Shown here one piece after another: positions 46,315 to 56,500 of a stretch of DNA of 64,000 nt. This DNA comes from a virus. The translations under genes were made by a program, and so were the position numbers. The stretch is taken from the IMG/VR virus record IMGVR_UViG_3300030104_004642, positions 32,001-96,000 of that record. The stretch is one strand, 5' to 3'. Every line of letters begins with the position of its first letter. The stretch's first letter is position 1. The notes below the pieces were generated by a model that worked only from the letters and a program-made list of their open reading frames with translations, did no database searches and had not been told where the DNA came from.

Positions 46315-46689
46315 TTATTTATCAGGATTATTATTCTTCAATAACTTTTGCAATTCTGCTGTTGAACCAACAAATAAGGCATTGTTAACTGTGGTTGGAC
46401 CCTTGCTTACTCTTTCTTCTTCTACATCTTTTAACTTCTGTTGTAAGGTCATCAGTTTATCAGTTGCATCAGCAACATTCTTGATCAACTGACCAGCAAC
46501 CTCATATGCCCTTGGCATCTCACTCTCCTGTGCAAGTTCTAAGATACCATTAATTGCTTCCTGACCCTTTTCAATGATTGAATATAGGTTACCCCTGGTG
46601 TATTCATAATCTTTTTCTACATCATCCTTTGTCAGATGAGCAGGTTTTTCTTTACCAGGAGTCACATCTATAATATTATCTTCTGTCAT
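46315..46689 (-). CDS. g16: Terminase small subunit (gp16)
   Basis: DYEYTRGNL, PRAYEVAGQL, NNALFVGSTAEL. Confidence 0.95.
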   Translation of the reverse strand: MTEDNIIDVTPGKEKPAHLTKDDVEKDYEYTRGNLYSIIEKGQEAINGILELAQESEMPRAYEVAGQLIKNVADATDKLMTLQQKLKDVEEERVSKGPTTVNNALFVGSTAELQKLLKNNNPDK

Positions 46690-47696
46690 CAGAAGGTGCT
46701 CCCATCAAAACCAAAGTTATCTCCAATATCAATGAAGTTAGCATCTGCTGCCTCAATACCAAGGACAGATGCTCCCAGAACATGACTGGCAGCAGTGGTT
46801 TTATCTTGACCCCTCTTAACTGTGAGTTTGTTTCCATTAATTTTGTCAACAAACATCTCCTCCTCACCAACAGTAACATATTGCTTGACAGTAACTGCTG
46901 ATCCATCATCAACAGTGATGACAGTTTCTGTGGTATCAACATCCTCCGCAAGTTGGGTCAAAACATTGCCATTGTAATCTTTGGTTGCTCTTGGAACAAC
47001 ACTATATGTGACATCCCTTTGATATGATTGACCAGAGGATGTTCTCTGACCAGCAACATATCCAACTTGTACCTTCTTAATGACATCACTGGATACATCA
47101 GAGATAGGACCATAAAGATTGGTCTTAGCAACAAATCTGAGTGTATAGACAAGTGCTCTTCTTGTATCAAAATTACCCTCATAATCATCCTCCATTGAAA
47201 CACTTTCCAACTGGACAGGAACATTGACTACCTCTTTCAGACTACCAAGTAATTTGATAGGAAGGGTATATGATGGTTGAAAGTATGGGAGGATCTGTTC
47301 AATAGTTTGAAGTGCATCATCATTTAACTTAGTCATAATTGACAATTCAAAACCCATATTGTATGGGACAGGCATAAAGACCTTCTTGGTCTTTGTGCCA
47401 TTATCAGTTACAGGATGAAATGCTTGTGTTTGAGTTGCCTTTCTTGTTGGGTCATATTGAAGATCAGTAAATTCAAATGACATCCTTGGTAGAGTCATTT
47501 GAACTGGTTTATTCAGATCTGCTTCCTGCTGCAATCTGGCGAGGAACTTCTGGGTAGGACCATATGCAAGAGGAACCTTAATGACACTATAAGTATCATT
47601 ATTTGCATCCTTCTTATGGATCTCAATCCCATTGAAGAGAGATCCAAATGCTATGATTACTGATCTGAAGATCTCATTGTAAAAATGCTCAAACAT
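46689..47696 (-). CDS. g15: Tail sheath stabilizer/terminator (gp15)
   Basis: FGSLFN, VPLAYGP.QKFL, LPRMSFE, EQILPYFQP. Confidence 0.95.
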   Translation of the reverse strand: MFEHFYNEIFRSVIIAFGSLFNGIEIHKKDANNDTYSVIKVPLAYGPTQKFLARLQQEADLNKPVQMTLPRMSFEFTDLQYDPTRKATQTQAFHPVTDNGTKTKKVFMPVPYNMGFELSIMTKLNDDALQTIEQILPYFQPSYTLPIKLLGSLKEVVNVPVQLESVSMEDDYEGNFDTRRALVYTLRFVAKTNLYGPISDVSSDVIKKVQVGYVAGQRTSSGQSYQRDVTYSVVPRATKDYNGNVLTQLAEDVDTTETVITVDDGSAVTVKQYVTVGEEEMFVDKINGNKLTVKRGQDKTTAASHVLGASVLGIEAADANFIDIGDNFGFDGSTF

Positions 47697-47720
47697 TTTA
47701 TTACTACTTTTTATTATTTA

Positions 47721-49103
47721 TTAGGGCATACCAAAGGGGTTAGTTTTGGTGAAGTCAATTATGTCATCTGCCAATATTTCAATGTTGTCATTGTCAGCAA
47801 ATCCACTAACCACATCATCCTTGTTGAGGACTCTAAGAGCAAATGATGCTCCAGAATCTTGACCAATAATATTCTCTCCAACAAGGAATGAACCATCAAC
47901 AATTGATACCTGAAGGGTGTTATTGACAGCATCCCATTCTTTAACCCTAGCAGTGGTTCCAGATACAGATCCTGTTACAATCTCATTAAAGACATAACTT
48001 CCAGTGGCAGCACTGGCAGGAGGAGAATCAAATGTGATTGTTGGATTGGTTGTATATCCACTTCCAGGATTTGTAATATATGCTGCTATGACAGTGCCAG
48101 CAGCATTGATTCTTGCAACACCAGAGGCAGTCACTCCTACACCTGGTGATGAGAATGTAATGTCTGGATGTGATGTATAACCAGAACCAGCATTGGTAAT
48201 AGTAATAGAAGCAGCACTAACATCAGTTGACAGTCCAGTGGTTGCTGCTGCCCCACCACCTCCACCACCAGTGAAGACAATTGATGGAGCAACTGTATAA
48301 CCAGCACCAGCATTAGACAGTAATACTGCCATCACAGAACCATTCTTGCTTCCAGTGCAGTTAACAAAATCTGTTGATAGTGAGGCAATACCAACAGCAG
48401 TGACACCACCTGAGGGGGCAGATGAGAATCCAACTGTTGGTGCAGTGGCATAACCACCACCCATATTGGTTATATTGACAGAGGTAATAGTACCAGTTGC
48501 TGTTGATGCTGTTCCTGCTGCTGTTATAGACTGTCCAATCAGGGTAAGGGTCTGTATATAACCAATCTGCTCAATCTCATCATCAATGGTCTCTACACCA
48601 GTATCAATAACCTCATCCTCATATCTGTAAAGTTGAAGACTCAGTGTGTAGACATAATTCTTTTGTAGTTGATAGAATGGTTGCTCATGCTCAACATAGT
48701 TAATCTCAAACAATCTATCACCAAGTGGGAAGTAGACCAGATCACCCTCCTTTGGTCTGGTTGCTAACTCAATGTTGGGAATATTTTTGATTAGTGGTGT
48801 AATATATCTTTCATATCTGTCCCTTGATATAACCAGTTTAAGATCATCCTGATTTTCAATACCAAACTTGGATAACAAGGTTCCTTGTCCACCATATCCC
48901 TCATAACTATCAAGATATGCTTCTAATGGATAAGCATTATCAAATTCTGATTGAATAACTTCCCTTATGACAGTATTTTTTGTCACATACCTTCTGGGGA
49001 TATAGTAAATCTCAATACCATACATCTTCAACTGTTCGTTGACTAAACTCTGTATGAGATTTTGCTCTGACTTTTGACTATTGAGAAAGTATGGATTTAA
49101 CAT
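47721..49103 (-). CDS. g14: Neck protein gp14 with inserted G.GY repeat region
   Basis: YYIPR, SKFG, RPKEGDLVYFP, FYQL, NPFG. Confidence 0.93.
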   Translation of the reverse strand: MLNPYFLNSQKSEQNLIQSLVNEQLKMYGIEIYYIPRRYVTKNTVIREVIQSEFDNAYPLEAYLDSYEGYGGQGTLLSKFGIENQDDLKLVISRDRYERYITPLIKNIPNIELATRPKEGDLVYFPLGDRLFEINYVEHEQPFYQLQKNYVYTLSLQLYRYEDEVIDTGVETIDDEIEQIGYIQTLTLIGQSITAAGTASTATGTITSVNITNMGGGYATAPTVGFSSAPSGGVTAVGIASLSTDFVNCTGSKNGSVMAVLLSNAGAGYTVAPSIVFTGGGGGGAAATTGLSTDVSAASITITNAGSGYTSHPDITFSSPGVGVTASGVARINAAGTVIAAYITNPGSGYTTNPTITFDSPPASAATGSYVFNEIVTGSVSGTTARVKEWDAVNNTLQVSIVDGSFLVGENIIGQDSGASFALRVLNKDDVVSGFADNDNIEILADDIIDFTKTNPFGMP

Positions 49104-49104
49104 A

Positions 49105-49968
49105 TCAACCTATCAGATCCAGTGGTGGGAGTTCATATCTACTCAACATCTCAACCTTGATTTCATCAAGTTCCCTTTGAGCATCATCATAAAGTTGTCT
49201 GCCATTAAACTCAACACCACCAGGCAATTTCACACCTGTAAATTTGATCAAGTTTTGACCCCACTGCCTCTTGATTAGTGAAGTGAGATATCTCTTGAGA
49301 AATACATCATTATAAACCTTCGTATAATCATTTGGATTGAGTGCCCTGTAAGCCTCAATGATAATAAACTCATCCTCCTTTATGTTATCCCAATCTACAT
49401 CAAGATACAATCTATCCTGTCTGATGTTATATCTAATTCTTTTATGAGTATTCAGCAGGAAGTCCATTGTCTCAAGATAACTCATGGACATGGAGTATGA
49501 GAGCAAATCAGTGCTTCCAAAGTAGTAAATATCATTCAAGAACAATTGGTACTTGAAACTAAACATATTAGAACTACTTGCTGCCTGAGCATCATCATAT
49601 TTAAATATTCTCTCAATGCCTATGACTTGAGGTGGAACTTGAATGTAGTTACTATTTTCATAAAAAGCAAAATCTGTAGAATCCCCTCCTATTGTGGTGC
49701 TTACTGTAGTTGAAGTAATACCAGTTTGAGTGGTGGCACTTGATGCTCCTGGTGGTCTTGCTTTTCCCCTTTCTACATCAGCAGCAGTAATTTGATATTT
49801 AAGAAATGTCTTTTCTACACCATCATAATGTCTCTCATTATAAAACTGAATGGCATCATCCATCAAGTCTTGAACTTGTTCTTCTGCGACATTAATTTCT
49901 AAGACAGGGGCACCCAACTGTCTTAAACAATAATCTATCAATTCTTGTCTTGAGGAAGGTTGTGCCAT
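49105..49968 (-). CDS. g13: Neck protein gp13
   Basis: YCLRQLGAPVLEINV, HYDG, KRQWGQNLIKF.GVKLPGG. Confidence 0.96.
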   Translation of the reverse strand: MAQPSSRQELIDYCLRQLGAPVLEINVAEEQVQDLMDDAIQFYNERHYDGVEKTFLKYQITAADVERGKARPPGASSATTQTGITSTTVSTTIGGDSTDFAFYENSNYIQVPPQVIGIERIFKYDDAQAASSSNMFSFKYQLFLNDIYYFGSTDLLSYSMSMSYLETMDFLLNTHKRIRYNIRQDRLYLDVDWDNIKEDEFIIIEAYRALNPNDYTKVYNDVFLKRYLTSLIKRQWGQNLIKFTGVKLPGGVEFNGRQLYDDAQRELDEIKVEMLSRYELPPLDLIG

Positions 49969-49996
49969 TATACACTATATCCTTTTCTATATTTAG

Positions 49997-50380
49997 TTAG
50001 ATGGAGAGACCTCCTTCCACCACTACATTTCCAGATGCCAATTTGAAAACAGTTCCTGCTGAACCTACAGCATTGATGTCAAAATAATATCTACCTGGAT
50101 TTAAAGAAGAAGTAATAGTATCAGTAAGGGAGATATTAAATTCACCATTAGCAGCAGATGTGATACCACTTGTGAATTCTGTGATTCCTCCACTTGATGC
50201 CCCTATTGCTACTGATTTTTTGATACCTGCCTTAATTGTGAAAACAGACAGGTCAAAAACTGCTTTACTTTCTTGCTTTACTGCAAATGTTGTCTTAAAA
50301 TCAGCACCCTGTAAAATGGTAAGATTCACGCCATAAGCAGTTTGTGAATCAGGGTTAAAAGTGATTGTGTTGTTAGCCAT
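49997..50380 (-). CDS. Virion structural protein (Ig/BppU-like)
   Basis: NL.I.QGADF, ISLT...T..L..GRYY.D pattern. Confidence 0.65.
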   Translation of the reverse strand: MANNTITFNPDSQTAYGVNLTILQGADFKTTFAVKQESKAVFDLSVFTIKAGIKKSVAIGASSGGITEFTSGITSAANGEFNISLTDTITSSLNPGRYYFDINAVGSAGTVFKLASGNVVVEGGLSI

Positions 50381-50594
50381 TGATTACTGCTTTTAACATT
50401 GATTTGATTTCATCTAAATCACCCTTTAAATCATCTACTTTTTTTTCAAGGGAGTCAACTCTTTCCTTATCAGATAATTGTTTCTCCCTATTTTTTATGT
50501 ATGCTTCAAACTCATTTTTATCTGTGTTGATAATAGCATTATTGCTTTTATCCCTTGATAAATTTTTGTTTCCATTAACAGGTACAAATGTCAT
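50373..50594 (-). CDS. Small coiled-coil protein
   Basis: V.G..NL.RD...AIIN.D followed by a coiled coil. Confidence 0.7.
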   Translation of the reverse strand: MTFVPVNGNKNLSRDKSNNAIINTDKNEFEAYIKNREKQLSDKERVDSLEKKVDDLKGDLDEIKSMLKAVING

Positions 50595-53500
50595 GCCAGT
50601 GCTATTGCTCTTAGGTTTCTAAATTGAGGAACAATTGCCTGGTTGGTTGAAGTACCAATCAATTTAAGTCTGAAAGACTTAAATGGTGGCAGACTGTCCA
50701 TGGTAAATTTATATTCAGTGAAATCATTAATAGCAGGTGTTTGAGTCAGATTGTCATTCTTCTCCTTAGGAAGATCTGGTGTTCCATTAGAGGCAGCAGG
50801 ATTAATAACCCTGCCAAACTGATCAATATTATTAATACCAGGGAATGGAATAAATTTAGTTTCAGCAGCACTTACATCCTGATCAAGGGCATAGAACATT
50901 CTGACATCACTTGATGTTGAAATATAACCATCAATGAACACTTTCAATGATGTTGCTGGATTTTCAAGTGTAATGTTCTTGGTAACATAGATCATGCTGT
51001 TTGGATCATTTGGAATTCCAACAACCCTTGGATCAGTAGCAAAGTTAGTGATAGGTCCATCAACCCTGTTAGACACAAAGATAACAGAGGAGTGGTTCAA
51101 ATCAATCATTGGAGAAATTCTCTTATCATATGTAAGCATATCAAGGTTAAGAGTAAATGACTTACCACCTGGAAGTGTTGTAAGATAGTTTTGTTGATTT
51201 ACCTCAGAGGCAACCATCCTTTGTGTGGTAAAGTAGTTCTTCTTATTGAACTGAACATCCTCAAATCCCTGATCAACATAGGATACCTCTCTACCACTTA
51301 CAGAAGTTTCAGAAACTGTTCTTGCAGAGGCAAGGACAAATGATCCCTCTGGTGATGTTGATGTGACACTGGGAACAATCAGTGAGTAGGGGATATTATA
51401 TGTTCCCTTAGCACCTCTTGCTGAGGCACCATCAAGGACAAAGTTCTCAACAGGAATAAATGTGCCACCAATACTTGTTCTATTGGTCCCATTGCCATTA
51501 TCAGACATATCAAGCTTGATATGATAGTGATCAATGCCAATTGGATCAGCTTTGGTAACCAAAGAAAGATCATGAACTGTATTGATTCTTCTCAGAGAGA
51601 CATTAGAAAATTCATACTTTCTAACAACCTCATTAGTTCCATAAGTGGCAGCATTTCCTTCTACTGCCCTGGCAATTCCTGTAAGTGAACCAGATGTACC
51701 AGATCCAGGTGTAACTCCATCATAAGAAATAATCTCAGTACCAATTTGAACATATCCAGGGTTAGTATTTGAAACACCCACATTTTCAAATGTATCAAAT
51801 CCAGCAGTGTTAGCAATAGAAATTGCTCCTGTGCTTGATTTTGGATAATCAGTAAGGAGGAGGGTTGGTTCCTCAACTGATTTTAGACCAGACAGTTTTA
51901 CTCTATTAGTATTAGAGTACATTCCATGATTTCTTTGATAGATCTTGAGGTGTAGACCATCCTCAAGAATAGTGGTATCAGTAGGAATAACAGCACCCCC
52001 AACACCAGCATTAAGAGCTACCCTTGTGCCACCAGTTGAATCATATTCCAGGAAATCATTAGCATTAGTGCTAAACTCACCTTGAACATTACTAACAATC
52101 AATCTATTATTTGCTGTGATGATGCCAACTGTCAACTTCATTCCATCACCAAGTTCCTCTGTTCCAAATGCAAGAGGAGCAAAGACATCACCTAAAACAA
52201 CATTGGTTCCACCAGCATTAATGGTTGCTCCAATGGCAATACCATCCTTAATATGAAGATCAGCAGTTACATCTGACCCTCTTCCTGTCAGGGCAGTTAA
52301 AGCAACACCAGTAAATGTTAGTTCACCAGATTGTGGTGTAAATCCAATACCAGGATTAGTGATTGTAAGATCACCAGTTGCAATACCTGTAAACTGCTCA
52401 AGAATACCAGTAGCACCAGTGTTCTGTTGAGTGACCCTATTGCCAGGTACTAATGGGTAGGATACACTGATTTGATTTACAGTTGTACCAATACCAACAC
52501 TTGCAGTTCTTGAAAGTGCCTGAACACCACCAGAACGAATTTGCTCATTCTTCTTATCAAGATTGGGGTTATAGAACTGAACATTACCAGATCCAACAAA
52601 GTCTGCTCTGTGAAGAACAAACTTCATATCTTCATACTGACTTGGAGTCCATACAGTTGCATTCTGTGACTTGAACAATGAACCCAAAAGTGGTTGCTCA
52701 GTAACCAGAACTCTACCTTGCTCAGTAGCAAGAGTTGTCACATCTGCTTCACCAAGTCTGGAGATCCAAAGGTTGTAAGTAGTGGTATCAGCCATAACAA
52801 CCAAAGCATAATCACGACCAGAGGAAAGATAAACAGGTGACTCAAATCTGAATGTTGTAACAGCAGTTCCATCATCAGATACATTTACATCATCAGGATC
52901 CAAGGTTACTTCAGAGAAAGCCAAGATCTTTTGATTTGGTGTGCCAAGGGTGGTCTCCCTAATTTCAATTGAGACTGGAAGTTGAGTATCCTTAGTTTGG
53001 AAGAACAGATCAATCTTAGTAGCATAAATTCCTTTCTTAGAGTCAATCTTGAAAGTTTGTGCTAAGGGGTCACCTCTCCAAACTGGCGCTGGTGGTGGTG
53101 GAGGGGGAGGAGTTGGTCTAAGTGTTCTACTATTGATAATATCAAAGTTGACATCAGAATCTAATTCTTGCTGCTCAGCATCCACATCTGAAGTGGTTAC
53201 CCTGGCATTTCTAAGTGAAAGGGTAACCTCTTCTGTTGTATCAATATCACCCTGTGAGAAGAAGATTTCTTGAGCAGAGGTTGTAGTTGTGCCTTGAATC
53301 AGGTTATTAACACTACTACTTGACAGTTTAAATACGTTTCTTCCAGTATTAAACTCAGCAAAATCTTCTTCCTCAGGACCAGGAACATTGAAGGAACCAA
53401 TTAGAGTACCAACCCTATCAGTTTGTAAATTGATGCCCTGAACACTTGCCTCAGCACCACTTGATTGACCCCTGAGGATCATACCAGTCTCAATATTTCC

Positions 53501-56500
53501 AGAGAACTCAGGATTTTCCTCTGAGGCAAGACTTGCAGTATCAATATTCAATATAGAGGATTCAGTTCCGTATGTAGAAGCAACATTTGTGCCTCTAAGA
53601 TATGGATTGCTATCATAGAAGTCAGTGGGATTGTTATAAGCACCATACTTATGATTTGCCTGAGCAACTCTTGCTGTAAATGTTACATCTGACTGACCAA
53701 CTGGTGTCCCTTGGATAGTTTCACCAACAATGAAAGTGCCACTGTTCATTGTGATTTGAGTTAGTTTGGGAGTACATCTCAAAGTAACAGGACTGTTATC
53801 AAAGAAAGCAAATACTGTTGTATTTGGTTTCATTCTTGTGGCAGTAAATTCAATATTTCTCTCCCTCATCTTATTAGCAATTGCTCTGCTAATAACCCTG
53901 GATCCAAGAGAAGCAGCCTCAGTTAATACCTCATTAATGGTTTGTTGAGTACCAGTTCTATTCTGCTCAATAGTAACTGAACCTTCAATGGTTGTTGAAT
54001 TGATAGTTGATAGTTGAGCATTTCTTCCACTAAGACCTAAATCAGCAGTGGATCTACCAGTTCTAGCTGCTGCAGCAGCAAATGTTTCATTCTGAGTGGA
54101 TCCAGTTAGATCAAAATTGATTCCAGTAGTTTCCCAGGAGTCCCAAAGAACAGGTGATACACCAGTTCTAAGTCCATCATCACCATCTTGGGTTTCTATA
54201 TTCAGAGCCTGAGCAATACTTTCAAAATTACCCTCAATTACAACATCACCAACTCCTTCATTAACCTCTGGTTCTTTGGTGCTTACCCAAACATCAGTGG
54301 TTGGATTAAGTTTTACAGAACCCTCATAGAAATCAATCAGGAAGGGAGTTACATTCTCAACTCTTGTTCCATAAGGTTGAGTAATTTCAGCAACCTCAGA
54401 GTAGTTTAGACTGATAACATCACCAGTTCTCCTTACACCCTGTCCTGAAAGGGCAGCAAACCTGGAGTCAGTGTTAGCATCTGTTTCAGTCCCTATACCA
54501 GCAATGGTGCTATTACCAACTTGAAGATTAACTGCTGTTGAGTAGTGAGCAGGTCTAAGAACCTTGTTCTTTGGATCAATACTATTTCTAATACCAATAG
54601 AAACATCCTGAGGTGTGAATGATGAGAAGTTGTCAATGAAAATGCCAGACTTAAATCTATTAAGACCATTGACATCAGAGACAAAAGTATTGAGAGTATT
54701 CTGCTCAAGCATATTCAATGATGTATAATATTCAAGGTTCTTGATTCTGGTATCAAGTTTTGCGATATCAGTCATCTGATATCTCTTATGCTGAATAAAC
54801 TTAACCTTTGAATCTTTTACAGAGAACAGATATGGTGGACTGTAAATATTTGCAATGTTCAAAGAACCTGGAAGAACATCAGGCAGTTCTGGAATATCTG
54901 CTGGAGCACCAAGGGTAACTTGAATATCACCATCCCTGGTCAAATAAACCCTGTCTGCTCTTCCTAAGTAATAATCATACTTGAGGATAGTATTCTGATC
55001 ACTTGAAATGATGTGCTTAGAACTATGATTTCCATTATTAAAAGTTCTACCATCAAATTCAAATGGAGATGCAGCACCAGCAGTCACTGAATAATCACTT
55101 ACCCTTGGTCTAACATCAATGAGGTCAGAATTTCTAAATCCATTAACAGATTGAACATCATTACCATAATCACAATTAATGTAAGAAGCTGCTGTTGTAA
55201 AATCTCCAGTATCATTTGGATCATAATCCAGATTTCCATAGTAAACAAGAAGTTTCTTAGATGGTGTTGCTACACCACTATGTCTAACAATTCTTGACAG
55301 ATCATATATTGTCTTTCTTTGACCATTATCAAAACTATAATTCTTTGTGATATTAGGAGAACCAACTGTTAGATCAGATACATTTGCTTGTACTCCTGAT
55401 TTGGCAAAGATAATGATTTCATTGTCCCTGAAAACTTTATTGTTCAGGTAAGCAAATTTAATTTGAGTTGTGCCTGGTTTTTCAAGAATGATTGCCTTTG
55501 CCTGTGACAGATTACCAGTAATTGTATCACCAATCACAACATCAGTTGTGTTAGCATTTGGACCTGTCATATTAGAACAGGTCATCATTGGAGGTAGTGG
55601 TTGATTTACATCAACTGATTCAAATACTGCATGAACCCTGTAAACATCAGGAACATTCAGTGAGATAATTTCATCCTGCACCCTTGTTCCAAATGGGAAT
55701 GATCCATATGTAAGACCATCATTCAATGTTGTACCTGCTAAACCAACAGCATCAGTACCTGATGCTGGATCATTTGATTTGTCAACAATTATAGCCTTAA
55801 CAATATTCTTTCTCTTAATTTTAGAGGTAATTTTGTTCTGAATAACCTCACCAATCAGAATTGCTTTACCATCATTACTGTGACTCAATCCTTGAATATT
55901 GAGAGTTGTTCTATCAGAGTTAAATGTGAACTTGTCAGCAGTAAGATTTTGTGTTACACCATCATCACTCTGAAGTGAATATCTTTCTGGGTCAAATGAT
56001 GCCCAGGTCTGAGTCAATACATCATCAACAGGAATAGTTCCAATATCACCATTAGTGCTGATTGTTACTTCTCTTGTAATTCTAAAACTGGATACTGAAT
56101 TGAGTGTATCTACACTTCTTACATTATTATGTGGAAGGACACTAAACAGGGTATCATTTCCAGCAATGTTGCCACTGTTTGAGGTTGTTTGAAGTTTTGT
56201 AGTTACAATCCTCAGATCATTTACATCAAAGTTTGCTGTTGGGAGTTCACCATCAACCACACCAGTGATGGTTGTAACACCAGAGATAGCAAAACTAGTT
56301 GCTCCAACAGAGACAATCCTTGCCATTGATGGATCAAGTTTACCAGGTCTCTCAAAAGTGATGAGATTACCAGCTGTGACAACACCTACAAATGAATTTC
56401 CTGATAGTGCTGCTGAGGTAACTGTTGAAACACCAGCACTGTCAGCAGAGATTTTTGCATTATCAAGAGTGAAAGATTTCTGTTGTTTTATGTCAGCAGA

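Noticed and set aside
53080-53120. G-rich tract in the 2529-aa gene
   Set aside because: Encodes a poly-proline linker before the conserved DPLAQTF motif; no evidence of slippage or phase variation
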